Shown here piece by piece: positions 24,453 to 37,087 of a stretch of DNA of 64,000 nt. Source of the DNA: Tricharina praecox. Lineage: Eukaryota. The notes below the pieces were generated by a model. The model was not told the origin of the DNA, made no database searches, and was given only the letters and a program-made list of their open reading frames with translations. Made by a program: the position numbers and the translations under genes. The number at the start of each line of letters is the position of its first letter. The stretch's first letter is position 1. The DNA is taken from contig NW_026250406.1 in NCBI RefSeq assembly GCF_024521635.1, positions 992,001 through 1,056,000 on the forward strand, written 5' to 3'.

Positions 24453-27033
24453 ATGATGACGTCTCCACTCATGCGCTCATTAGCTTCTGCTTCTGCTTCT
24501 CTAAGATCTTTCTCTCGCCGTGCGCCGCCGCCGCTGCTGCTGTTCCGGAGGTGCCAATGGACCGCGAAGAGGTCGCTGTTGACACAGAGCTGCTACGATG
24601 GTCCTACCACTGTACGTGAACTCTGTCATTACCTATCTCCCACATCCGCCCGGCCCAGGGCACACATAGGTACTAAAGCCGAGAACACGATACCAGCCCC
24701 CGCTGCTGCACCAAACCGTCGGACAGCACCTAATCGACACCGTCCGGGAGCACGGCGATCGCACAGCGTACGTCGCGCCCGTCCTAGCTATTGCCCGTGT
24801 ACACATCAACTGACTCCCCCCCTCTCGCCGCAGGGTCATATCGCGGCACCAATCTACACGCCTTAGCTACCACGAGCTTCTTGGGCAATCACTGACGCTC
24901 GCAGCCGGGCTGCGACGACAAGGCGTTGTCCGGGGCGCGCGCGTCTGCGTCTCTCTCGGCAACGGCATCGAGTTCGCCGTGATCACGTACGCGCTGTTCC
25001 ACCTGGGCGCGGTGCTCGTGCCGCTGAACCCGAGCTTTAATGTGCCGCAGGTGCTGGCTGCCATAAGACATCTCGACGCGCGACATCTCGTCGTCGGGGC
25101 TGAGACACATTTGCCGTTTAGGAGTCCGAGGAGTAATGGCCCGTTGCTGAGGGAGTTGGAGCGCGAGGGGGGGCGGGTGAGGGTGGTTGTCGTGGATAAT
25201 TCCCAGGGGCGGGGGGAATTCGAGGGTGTTAAGGGCTTGGTCAGGTTTGAGGATGTGGCGAGGGATGGGGACGCCAAGGAGATGGGGCTGGGCCTGGGGG
25301 AGGGCCTGAGTCCTGATGATGTGGTGAATATTCAGTTCACCAGTGGGTATGTCTCTGTTCTGCGCGGTGGTTGGCGAGTGCTGAGATAGGTACGGGGGGG
25401 ATAGAACAACCAGCACCCCCAAAGCCGCATGTCTAACCCACAAGTCCATCCTGAACAACGGCAAAGCAATCGGCGATCGAATGCTCCTGACACCCAGCGA
25501 CATCGTTTGCTGTCCACCTCCACTATTCCAGTCCGCCCCCTCCCCCCCGGTCCTACTTCTCTCTAGAGACCCTTACTAACTTCGGAACAGCTGTTTCGGC
25601 GCAGTCTTGGGCTACCTGGCCTGCACCACTCACGCTTCGGCCATCGTCTTCCCGGCCGAATGTTTCGATCCTCTAGCCACGCTCCGCTCGGTGCAGGAAG
25701 AGGGGTGCACAGCTCTGCACGGAGTGCCCACGATGTTCATTTCCGAGCTGGAATTACTGGAGACGGGGAAGGTGAAGTACGAGGGATTCGAAAAGCTCAG
25801 GACCGGCATTGCCGCGGGCAGTAGTGTCCCGCTGGAGCTGATGAAGCGATTGCACAAGGTGCTGAATTTGACGGAGTTGAGTGAGTGCTCATGATTTCAG
25901 GAAGGTGCGGATGATAGCTGATGGGATGGGGTGGGAAAGCTATCTGCTATGGGTACGTTTTTTCCGAGAATTGAGGGAGAGGGGATCGAGGGCAGGAGGT
26001 AGTTGTTGACAATCGAGCAGGATGACCGAAACCAGTCCTGTAACTAACACCCTCCCGTCTCGTCTCCCCTCCCCCGTCTCTTCTGACTCCCTTTCTAGGT
26101 TTCGTTCATGACCACCACCACCGATCCCATGCAAAAGCGCCTCGACAGCGTTGGACGCCTGCTGCCACACGTATCCGCAAAGATTGTAGACCCTGAATCC
26201 CCCAATATCATCCTTCCCATAGGCCAGAAGGGCGAGCTTGCGATCGCGGGGTATAACGTACAGAAGGGATACTGGGGGGATCCGGAGAGGACGGCGGAGG
26301 TCATGCTGCAGGATGAGGACGGAAGGGTGTGGATGCATGTTAGTATTTGAAACCCGAGAGGGAAGAGGGGAGAACAGCGGCTGATGCCGTGGACAGACCG
26401 GAGATGAAGCGGAGATGGACGGTGAGGGTTATATCCGGGTATCCCCTCCCCATCCCATTCCACCCAATACTCTCTCCCATCTCCATGCTGAGATCAGGGG
26501 GAGTAGATCACCGGCCGTATAAAAGACCTCATCATCCGCGGCGGCGAGAACATTGTATGTTCCCATATTCCATTCTCACCCACCGCCCCTATTGAGTCCT
26601 GACACATCACTAGCACCCACTAGAAATAGAAAACTGCCTCTTAGCACACTCCGCCGTGCAGGAGGCGTCCTGCGTCGGGATCAAGGACGAGCGGTACGGC
26701 GAAGTGGTGGCCACGTTCGTACGCCCGCACGAGGACCGATTAGACGTCAACATCGAGGAATTAAGGGAGTGGGTTAGGGGACGGTTGTCGAACCATCTCG
26801 GTATGTCTCCCCCTACCTCTGAATGATGATGATGGTAGCGGGCAGTACTTACAGAGGAGGAAGTGCCGAAATATGTCTTCCTCATCCGTGACCAATTCCC
26901 CAAGACCGCCAGTGGGAAGATACAAAAATTCAAGCTGCGGGAGATGGGCGAGGTACTGGTCAAAGACATGTCCTCGAGCGGTGTTGTTGTAGCAGCAGCA
27001 GCGGTTAAGAAGGAAGTGGAAGTCGAGCAGTAG
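24453..27033 (+). CDS. AMP-binding acyl-CoA synthetase (ACSF2-like) with mitochondrial-type presequence; 11 introns
   Basis: NIQFTSGTTSTPKAA (AMP-binding loop), PPPLFHCFG, LHGVPTMF, ICYGMTETSP, WMHTGD, ITGRIKDLIIRGGENIHPLEIE, PKTASGKIQKF; R/S/L/A-rich N-terminus; stop TAG 27031-27033. Confidence 0.92.
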
Positions 27034-27097
27034 TGATACCGTATGTAGTATGTTCTTTATGATACAGATTTCCCTCCACCGCCGCCACGCGCTAGCA

Positions 27098-27909
27098 CTA
27101 TCTCTTGCCAGCCCTGTGCTTCCCCTTCGCACCACCACCAGCTCCTCGCCCATCCTTCCTGCCATCTCCACGAAGCATGGCACGCTGCCGAACGTACTGG
27201 TTAACGATGTTCTGGACGGATCCGAGATCATGCTTGGGGTCACTGCATTCATTAGCGCGCACCCACGCCCTCCCCGTCCCACTCGCACATACCGCATATA
27301 ATAGAGCTTCGCCCTCTTGGCCCTCTTCTTCGCCCTCTGGACCAGATCAATCCCCTCAATCGTAGGACTATAGAGCTTAAACCAGACCTCGACTCCGATC
27401 CTGGTGACCTGGCCACGCAGCAAGAAGGCGGTATCGACGCCGCGGCGCCTGATATTGATGAGCACGCCGGCGAACGGCTGCTCGCCGTTGCCACGGCGCA
27501 CCTGCAGGATGTCGCCCACGCGGATCGCGTCGCGGTTGTGCCGCGAGAACAGCTTTTGCCGCGCCCCCAGCGGGTCCAGCACCGCCAGCTGCTGCACCGT
27601 CAGGTCCGCGATCGGTGACTTGCTCGCGTTCTTCTGCGGCGGCGGGTACACTTTGATGTGGCGCCGGGGGGAAGCGGCGTCTAGAACATGTGAGTATGTG
27701 GGGGAAACGGTGGGGACTGGGGGGAGGGAGAGGGGAAGGGGGGTACGCGGGCTGTGGAAGGCGGCGGGTTGGTGCACCATGCCGACTTTGCGTGGGAGGA
27801 CGATGGCGCCGGTGGCGGTGGTGGTGATGGTGCGGGCGGAGATGGGGCGGAGGCTGAGCGCCTTGAGGCACGCCGTGAGCGGCCGCAGTATCGGGGTGGT
27901 CGTCGACAT
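27098..27909 (-). CDS. IMG1: Mitochondrial ribosomal protein bL19m (Img1-like); 1 intron
   Basis: VGDILQV...PFAGVLINIRRRGVDTAFLLR...GVEVWFKLYSPTIEGI...KRAKRAKLYYMR|DPKHDLGSV; intron about 27243-27292 (GTATGT...GCTAAT...CAG); stop TAG 27098-27100. Confidence 0.9.
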
Positions 27910-28289
27910 AGCTTCCTATCTTGCTGCGGGATTGGCGACGCGGACCGTGGAAGGTGAGGTGAGTGGTGGTGGGGGAACAAAATTCGGCTAGAGATTACCG
28001 CGTCACATGACAAGACTTGGCTTCAGCGAATCATGGTTCATGACCAATGAAACCCGCCCTATCTGTCCTCAGCAAACGAGAGTGCCTAAAGCTTAAACGT
28101 ATAAACCCGCGTTCAATCAAACGTACAGCAGTACGGCCCTTTTCTACATCCAATTAAAAGCAAATATCTCCACGTTCCTCTGCGGAAATTCAAAGGCTCG
28201 CCCCTAGTATGCAATCGTCTGTCTGTACGGCCCACTCCAAATGCAAATCTATACAACAGCTTCCCTGCGCTCAACGCCATTGACGCCCT

Positions 28290-29575
28290 TTACTTCCAGA
28301 GTCCGTAAGGCTGGTCCGTGTATTTCCACTACAGGTGTCTATCAGCCTCATAATCCATCTACAGAGCGGGTATCACCCAACGTACCAGCTTGATTGTGCC
28401 ATCCTCGGAACCTGTGGCATACAGCTTTCCGTCTGGCGAAAAAGCAACACTCCATATGCTTCCGTGATGACCCTTGTATACCTCTAGTTCCTTCTGCGTA
28501 TCAAAGTCGTAGACGCGCACCCAAGTATCCGAGCTACCTCCGGTGATGAATCTTCTGGTCGCCTGGTGAAGCGCAACCGACGAGACCTCGTACGGGGTGG
28601 TGATGCTCTTGATCAGCCGCCGGCTTCCCGCCTCGAAGAAGTAAACCGACTTTCCAGCCGTGGCGCTGATCAGGTTACCTTCCGGGCTCAATTCGCACGA
28701 GCCGATCAGCTCGTTCACGCCAAATTCTTCGATCAGGTTCCCCGACCTCACGTCCCACCACCGCAACGCCTTGTCGTCCGAGGCCGAGACTATCGTTGTG
28801 GGGTCCGCCCAAACGATCGACTTGATGGTTCCGGTGTGCATCTGGGGGCCGACCTCGATAGGTGAGTCCGTGCGGTTGAGATCGAAGAGGCGAAGCTTCT
28901 TTTCCGCGCCGCCGGTCGCCACATGGGTCTGGCCGGGATTAAACGTAACCGAACGCACGATGTGATTGTGCTGGAGCGTTTGAAGGCACTCTCCGCTGAA
29001 CGTATCCCAAATCTTGCTGTCGATTGCACACACCGTTAGACACTAGTTCGACCACCACGAGCTAGTAGGATGCAGCAGCTTACGCAGAGAAGTCGGCAGA
29101 GGCGGTCACGGCCATCGAGGCATCACCGGACAACCTAGCTTGCCAGACTGCTCCTTTGTGACCGAGAAAGGTGCCGATCCTTTTCGGGGCACAGTCAGCA
29201 CGACATGCCCTCCCGTCCTACACCTTCCCGAACAGGACCAATTTCTCACCAATCGCCAGTGATTCCATCGCGCAGCATAGGATTGTTATCTGTCGAGCTC
29301 TAACATCAGAATGGAACCTCGAGAGGGGAGACCGTCACAAAGGTCACCTTTGCATGCCGAGATCAGATAGTACTCGTCGTCGCCGAGCATGGGCGAAAAG
29401 TGTAAGTGGACGACTGGCCGGGAGTGTCCATGGCACGTCAGAGGAACGACACGCGGGGCCTCTGTGAACACATCGCCTTCAGCACAACCAGGCACAGACG
29501 TTTCGCAAGATGGAGGGTAGAAGACGAACGAATTCCACCAGCACCGCCATTAGATGCACCAGGGCCTGCACTCAT
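28290..29575 (-). CDS. WD40 protein, serine-threonine kinase receptor-associated protein (STRAP/Unrip) homologue; 5 introns
   Basis: VPLTCHGHSRPVV...[34 protein letters not shown]...SADFSAKIWD...KGHHGSIWSVAFSPDGKLYATGSEDGTIKL|WK, the characteristic STRAP signature. Confidence 0.92.
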
Positions 29576-31036
29576 GGTGATAGTAGTAGTGTAGAAAGAT
29601 TTATGGTGTAGTTGGTTGATAGTTGGTAGTAGTATGCAATAGCAACAGGGAAGGCGTCACTTGCGAGGTAAGTCGTGTGCTTCGTGTAGTTCGTAGCTCG
29701 AGATTATAGAAGATGTCGCGTTCTCAACAAGAAAATCGTTACAGTATCGTAGACGGGTCGTTAATCAGACTGGGGGCGAGGTGGAAGATGGTGGTGGAAG
29801 GAGGAGGATAAGGTCGTCTCAACACGACGCGGCCTTGGGACGAGGCTGGGGGTGGCGGTGGTGTCGAAAGGTTGGAGCGGGAAGATGCTCCTCAGAGGAT
29901 GATTTGAGGGTCGTTTCCGAGACACGACGAATGGCCGATCAGGATTGAGGATGCGGTCTCGGCGGAGGAGAAGAGAATGAGAGCGGATGTGTATCTAGAG
30001 GAGGAGAGGCGGAGGGGAACTTTATAGGAAAGCTTGAGATGGGAAATGCAAAGGCCGGTTTAAGTTGTGAACTCTCGAGTCGTGAAGTCGTTAAGAAGCG
30101 GTAAGGTGTTGAGAGATTGGATAGGAGAAGTGGGCAAGTAAGTGATCGGTATTTTTGTCTGCCGACTTTCCGACTTTTGGTCTTTGTTTCTTCTCTTTCT
30201 GTTTCTTTCGTTGCGGACGGGTGTCGTTGGCCGCGCTCTCGGAGGGGAAGAGGTGGTGGTGGTGGAGGAGGTCGCGGCTGCGGCGGGGCGGGCTAGGTCA
30301 GGATAGGGCGGAGGGTTGCAGTGATGTCGAAGGAAGCGGGAGAATTCTAGAACGAGGAAGAGGAGGAGGCGGAGGCGGGGAAAAGAATGGCAACACACAA
30401 CACCTGCCCGTTCTCTTGTATGCTTTTGCTCTACGATACTCTCTCTCCTGTTTTAACTCTCTTCAAGCTAGATTAGCTTTGCTGAGGAATATCGAAAGCA
30501 ATTCGTTTCGGGCTAGGGAACTCTATGGCCATCTGCGTGCTATGCAGGCGCTGCCCAACCGCTGAGATCAGAGTCCCACCGCATAAAGGAGAGAGAATTT
30601 CAGGGTGCAAGCTCCAATCGACTGGAATTCCAACCAGCAAGTGAGACGAAGATAGTATGTTAACTAGGGACAGAAAGAGTGGCCGCATGACTTGCAACTC
30701 GAGGCTTTATCCAGCCATATTCGCGCTCTATATTCCTACACTCGTCGAAAACACCTTTTCAAATGGACTGGGGTAAATATCGTTAATTGATTCCAAACGA
30801 TGAGAGATCCTATACTAGCAGTAGACATGCCGCTGAATCTCTTGTGTGGCGGTGTCCACCCATGGCGGGGGTGAGCGATGCAAGCAAGCCGGAAACGACA
30901 TCATCTCTCTGAGCTTCCGTCCCGCACTAAACCCACATCCAACACCACCACAATCACAACCATCCCCAACTTCCCACATCAACAGCATCCCGAACTGTCT
31001 TCCAGCCCGCCACAATCAACGACCATCTTATCGGGG

Positions 31037-33685
31037 ATGGCTACCACCATCTACAAGCTCACTGCGTCGCTCAAAGGACATGACGATGATGTATATGCTC
31101 CCCTCCTCCGAAAGCTCGGGGAAGCTAGCTCACATAGCGATGTGCACCAGGTCCGAGACGTAGCCTTCACATCGCCAGACTCTGTCGTTTCCGTATCTCG
31201 AGATTCCACCGTCCGTCTGTGGCAGCGAGGACCATCCCCTACCCAGTTCGATGATCATATCAATTCTACTGGCGCGGCCTTCGTCAACTCGGTAGCCTAC
31301 ATCGCGCCCACCCCCGACCATCCAAAAGGTCCAACCCCACCCTATCTCAACCTTCCTTCATCGCCCAATTACCTTAACTAACTGCAATCCACCACAAGGC
31401 CTTATCGTCAGCGGCGGTCAAGACACTGTAATCGACGTTCGAGAACCCGGAACACAGAATCCTGATCCGAGCTACGTACTGCTCGGCCATGCACACAACG
31501 TTTGCTCGCTCGACACATTTGGCGAAGTTATAATTTCCGGTTCTTGGGATGGGTAACTACCGGTGTTTCCGCTGCCAATTTAAAGAAGCCGGCTGATGGA
31601 AGGATTGTAGCACTGCCCGTGTCTGGAGAAACTGGGAGACGCAGTTCGTTCTCGAGGGCCACGAGGGAGCCGTGTGGGCGGTGATGGCGGTCTCAGAGAC
31701 GGAGTTCATTACCGGTGGGGCGGATAAGACTATCAGACTGTGGAAGGGCACAAAGTGCGTCAAGGTGCTGAAAGATCACACTGATTGTGTCAGAGGGCTT
31801 TGCCGATTACCGAATGGGCTGTTTGCGAGCTGCGCCAATGATGCGTGAGTGTTTGCCCCTTCTTCCGTTGCCGGAAGCGCATGCTGACGTTGGGTTTCAG
31901 TACTATCCGTATATGGTCCGCAGATGGGGACGAACTACAGCAGTTGTACGGGCACACAAACTACATTTACTCGATTGCGGCGTTGCCATCGGGCGAAATC
32001 ATCTCGTCTGGTGAAGACAGGACGGTGCGGATATGGAAGGGTTTGTCTTGGTCTATCACCGGAAAGACAGGCTATGTTGGCTAACTACCCGAAGACGGTG
32101 ACTGTGTTCAGACCATCACACACCCGGCGATCAGTGTGTGGTCCGTGGATGCGTGCGCGGAAACTGGCGATATTGCCACCGGTGCCAGTGACAATATCGT
32201 GAGAGTATTTTCTCGTGACGGGAAGAAATGGGCCACAGAGGAGCTCCTGAAGGAGTTCGATGACAGTGTGGCCAAGTCGAGCATTCCATCCAACCAAGTT
32301 GGGGATGTCGATAAGGGGAAACTACCCGGAATTGAAGCGCTGCAGAAGTCGGGCAGCAAAGATGGCCAGGTCATAATGGTTCGGAATGGAGAGGTCGTCG
32401 AAGCCCACATGTGGTCGGCAAGCGCGCAGTCATGGGCGAACGTCGGCCAGGTTGTTGACGCTATGGGCTCGAACCGGAAACGGGTCTACGAAGGGAAGGA
32501 GTACGATTTCGTGTTTGACGTCGACATCCAGGAGGGGGCACCGGCTTTGAAGCTGCCATATAACGCCTCTGAGAATCCGTTCGACGCTGCCCGGAAGTTT
32601 CTGGAGAAGAACGAGCTACCTCTGTCCTATCTGGATACGGTTGGCAACTTCATCGTGGAGAACTCGAAGGGAGCTACAATTGGCCAGCAGCCCGAACCGG
32701 ATACCTCGACATACGATCCTTGGGGAAGCGGGAACCGATATATCCCCGGACAGCCTGATTCGAGTTCACGACCTCCGCCTACGCATGCCAAGGTGCTGCC
32801 TCAGAAGGAATACCTCTCCATCTTGACGGCGAACCTACCCCTTGTGGAGAAGAAGACTAGACAGCTCAACGACCAGCTGGTACAGGAAGGGAAGACTGAA
32901 ATCGCTATGGGCGCCGGGGATTTGGAAACACTTCAGGCTCTCTGTAGCGTCCTCGCAGACAAGAACAAAGCCCCGTCACTGTCGGCTGCAGGTCTTCAGC
33001 TTCTCGAGAAGCTGATTAGCAATTGGCCCCGTCAGCATCTCATTCCAGTGTTAGATCTTCTGAGACTGTCAGCTGGAGCCAGTCCTCTCGTGGCGAAGAT
33101 GGATCTCGTCAGCGTGTTCCACGACTTCGGAACTATCTCGCAGGAATCCCCCAACAATGCCATGCTGGCTGTGAGAGCATTCGTCAACCTGTTCCAGACC
33201 GAGGAGGGCCGCCAGTATGCGATGGAGGCGTTCGAGCAGGTTTGTGAACACCTCCCCACGATTAATGACCACCAGCTTATGTCTGCAGATCCTTAAAATG
33301 GCGACAACTGTGAATATTGCTGGGAACCGCAACCTCAAAATTGCTCAAGCTACGTTGATGCTGAAGTGAGTGAATGTCCCTCTCATATCACACCCGTTCG
33401 TTAATGTGGTGTCCTAGTTACTCCGTCCTCATCCATGCACACAAATCCATCGACGCCGCAGTGACTCTCCTCGAAGTAGTCACCAAGGGCGCTAGTACAG
33501 AAATCGATTCAGAAACCGTCTACCGCTACCTCGTAGCCATGGGTACGGTCCTCGCCCTCGGGGGTGAGGTCAAAGAAGCTGCGAACGGAATATTCGACGT
33601 TCGAGGTGCCATGAAGAGTGCAGCTGGACGGGTCAAAGAAGCAAGGGTTAATCGGCTCATCAAGGAAATTGAGCAGCTGGTTTAG
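31037..33685 (+). CDS. DOA1: Ubiquitin homeostasis protein Doa1/Ufd3/Lub1 (WD40, PFU and PUL domains); 7 introns
   Basis: YKLTASLKGHDDD|VRDV (WD40), EGKEYDFVFDVDIQEGAPALKLPYNASENPFDAARKFL (PFU), LIPVLDLLRL and MLAVRAFVNLF (PUL); stop TAG 33683-33685. Confidence 0.95.
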
Positions 33686-34067
33686 ATTGCTTGTTTTTGA
33701 TGGTTGGTAGTTCTTGTTTAGCATAGCTGGAGTTCGTCTCGTCTTGGAGCAACAATTGAGATCTTGATAGTGAGCGACGATTGAATCTTGATGATGACTG
33801 CATGGAAGCGTAGATTAGATCTGTAGTGAGGTGCCAAGAGTGCAGGTGCCACTCTCGCCTTGAGTTTAAACGAGATGGGACACACTTTATTTTTACGGCG
33901 TGCTGAGTTCACGACTCACACCCCACCACACCTTTGACACAACACACGACCACTCCCACCCATCCATCACCACCCACAAATACACACCACCAACCAACGA
34001 ACCTACCCACTCCGCGACCCAACTGCGACATCACCCGCCACTTTCCGAACACAGACAAATTAACAGC

Positions 34068-34763
34068 ATGTCCCGCGGCGGCCGAGGCGGCGGAGGATTT
34101 GGGGGACGTGGGGGACGCGGCGGCGGCGGCGGTGGTGCGCCTGGCGGAGGCGGCCCGTTCGGCGGCGACGACCTGAAGCCCGACTACAGCGTGACGGAGC
34201 TCTTCCCGCCGATCGTGCCGCCGGTACAGAACCCGCCATCGAAGGCCGAGCGCGCAATCGTCTCGCGCTACCGCCACCACCGCGAAAAGATCCACAGCGG
34301 CCCGCTGTACACGGTGATGGCGCGCAAGCGCGGCATGGAGGATCCGTTCAACGATGTCGTGCGCTACTCCATGAAGTATGCGAAACGTGTGCGGCGCGCC
34401 CCGAAGCTTGATGCCAGGCCGTATGTTATTGGATTCTTTCCTGAGGAGCTGTGGGTTACGCTGGGCGTTGATGGAGAGAACGCGGCGGTGGGTGAGGGCG
34501 GGAAGGCGCTCGCGAAGAAGAGGCTCGCGTTTGAGGCGCTGGATAGTGCGCATTGGGAGGGGGGCGAGGAGGAGGATGAAGTGGAGGGAGGAAAGAAGGA
34601 GGATGAAGAGAAGGAGGAGGGCGAGGATGAGGAGGAGGAGGAGAAGGATCATTTCTCCGATGACGACAACGACGACTATAATGCGGAGCAGTACTTCGAG
34701 AATGGCGACGACATGAGCGATGGCTATGGAGACGACGATGGTGGCGGGGAAGACTACTACTAG
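34068..34763 (+). CDS. RPC31: RNA polymerase III subunit Rpc31 (RPC7/C31 family), intronless
   Basis: MSRGGRGGGG start, ELFPP, GPLYT, RYSMKY, FFPEELW, acidic tail with DDYNAEQYFENGDD. Confidence 0.88.
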   Translation: MSRGGRGGGGFGGRGGRGGGGGGAPGGGGPFGGDDLKPDYSVTELFPPIVPPVQNPPSKAERAIVSRYRHHREKIHSGPLYTVMARKRGMEDPFNDVVRYSMKYAKRVRRAPKLDARPYVIGFFPEELWVTLGVDGENAAVGEGGKALAKKRLAFEALDSAHWEGGEEEDEVEGGKKEDEEKEEGEDEEEEEKDHFSDDDNDDYNAEQYFENGDDMSDGYGDDDGGGEDYY

Positions 34764-34970
34764 ATGGATGTATGCACTGGAAGGGGTTAATATGGGCGTT
34801 TGGGCTGTTTTCATTTCACAAAATTTGTATATATATACTTAGGGATCAAGGGCGAGACAATATGGATCCGTGGTGAGTGTGGACTATGTGCATTTTACTC
34901 ATCGTAGATCCCACCAGCCAGAAGAAAAGAAGATAGAAGAAAGAAGATATTGTACAAGAACCCTCCACAT

Positions 34971-36220
34971 CTAAACCTCCTTCACCTTCCCTTCCGCCTC
35001 GTCTTCCACCTCCTCCTCTGCCTCCTCATATACCTCATCACTCACTTCACCCTCCACCTCTGCCGCCAACTCCTTCTCCTTCGCCAGCCTCTCTGCCACC
35101 CTCTTGTACGCATGTACACCCCAAAACTGCTCACCCGGCGAGTTCTCATCCAAGAATTTCTTCCATCCAGCGACGGTGTTGTTCAGCTTCGCGCTCTCCG
35201 CCTCCAACCACGCACTCTGATCCGTTCCCTGGAGCATATCCCTAGCCGCAAACAGTCCCTCCAGCACGGGCAAGTAATCCAACACCGCAGCCTTGGCCCT
35301 GTACACCGGATTTCTATCCCCCGCTCCCTTCGGAGTCAAATCCAGGTACCACTCCACATCCTCCCAGCAAGCCTGGAGCCTATGCACCCACTGCCTCGTC
35401 CTGTTTTCATAGTCTTTCCCTTCATTGAACTTCACAGACGTACTAGCGACCATCGACAGCAGCGTCCCCACCACCACCGGGTCCCTCTTCAGCCTCTCAT
35501 CAGGGCGCACCTTCATCAGCGGCTCACCGAGGCAATTCAGGAGCGCCTGGCCATTCTTGATCGCCTTAACACTAGCCTCCTTGCCCGGCAGCATAGCCGC
35601 CATCCTGAGGCCGCGCATGAACTCTCTCGCCGCGGGCCTCGAGAACCGGAAACCATTCTTGCCGGCGGTCCTCGCCAACGTCATGAGGATATCGGTCCTT
35701 CCGTGGAAGTTACACATGCGAGCGAGCTTCTCAGCCTGCTCGTCCCTGATTCGTCTATTCGCCTGAGCGTAGCCCTGCACCAAGCCGGGAATGGCATCGA
35801 GGTCTCCCGGCTGCTGCATCAGCCCCAGCGCGCGCGTGAACAGCTTGATGGGTACGGGGACCTCGCGCGACTTCGCCGTCAGCGTGACGGGCACCCCGGA
35901 AACGTCGACTGTTAACGGCTCCTCGGCTAGGATGTGGTGGTTTCGTTGCCGGTGCTGCAGCGTCTTGTGGCGCCGCAGAAGGTGCGACGGGATAAACAGC
36001 TCCTCTTGAATCGTCGACAGCAGTTTGTCGAGTTCTGGGTTGGACGTCGACGTGAAGACTGGGAGCGGGCCTGCAGTAGGGAATGCATGTTAGTGGGGCG
36101 GGCAGTGAAGCGTCGGTTGGGAAGGTGGGATTAACCAGTCGCCTTGAAGGAGCAGGCCGAGCCGCTGAATGCTCGTGCGCCGGCGCCGGCGGCCAGGCGT
36201 CGTGTTACGAGCTGGAACAT
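34971..36220 (-). CDS. Hypothetical protein with mitochondrial-type presequence; 1 intron
   Basis: ATG 36220 MFQLVTRRLAAGAGARAFSGSA...; intron about 36072-36135 (GTTAAT...ACTAAC...CAG); continues GPLPVFTSTSNPELDKLL...LFIPSHL into the 307-aa ORF ending at 34971. Confidence 0.8.
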
Positions 36221-36381
36221 TGTGTGTGGTGGTGTGTGTGTCTGGATCTGTGGATGGTGGGGCGGTAGAGGAAGACATGCTGCGGCTCTACATAATTTTT
36301 TTGTAGTGCAGTAGAAATTTACTAGCATACAGTCAATCATAAATTTTATATCCACAAAACCGGTTAAGTGACATACAACCA

Positions 36382-36467
36382 TCCGTTATGGTGTAGTGGC
36401 TAGCATCGGCCGCTCTCAAGTAGAGCATTAAACCGGCCAGACCGGGGTTCAATTCCCCGTAACGGAA
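36382..36467 (+). tRNA. tRNA-Glu(CTC) with a 14-nt intron (36419-36432)
   Basis: Acceptor stem TCCGTTA/TAACGGA; D-arm region TGGTGTAGTGGCTAGCATC; anticodon stem GGCCG/CGGCC with CT-CTC-A; T-arm CGGGG-TTCAATT-CCCCG; T-run terminator at 36475-36479. Confidence 0.93.
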
Positions 36468-37087
36468 GATTATCTTTTTCTCTTTAAGAGCTGTTTCTTT
36501 TTTGGCCTTCTTTCTGTATTCAGTTTTGCTGAACCACAACTTCACATTCACTATCCTGCCGCCGCACTCCCGAAAACATAACGCACATTAGGAAAAAGCA
36601 AAACGAACGACAGATAGGCAGACACAGGGAATACACGTAGGAAAAATTTATGTGTTAGTGAGTAAACAACGAAAAAGCAGAGAGATTAGATAAGGTGTCG
36701 GGTTTCGTACAAAGAAAGGGAAAAAAAAGCTCCCCGTAGCTGAAGAAAAAACAGAAGGAGGCATAAGGTATAAAAGTCGAAAGAAAAGACGAAGAAAAAG
36801 AAAAGAGGAAAACCAATACGAGAAGGAGACAAAATTATGCCCTGCTAGCTATACCAGCAGCCATTCGACAACTGCCACAACCCTTCTCGTTTTCCCTCTC
36901 CAACATTGGTTCAAAAAACAGTGGTATAAGAATCTCTCCCCATCACCATCCCATTCCTGTCCTGCTCGCTCTTGCCGCCGTCCCGCGCCTGTGTGGATAT
37001 CAAAACAACAAAAATTACAAAACATCGGCAGACCTTTCCTCCCGTCCAATGCGCGTTTTAGGTGATTTCCCACAGACCAGTTGGCGT

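Noticed and set aside
33909..35915. Long antisense ORFs (33909-34814 minus; 34950-35915 plus)
   Set aside because: Shadows of RPC31 and of the mitochondrial-type gene caused by GC-rich codon usage.
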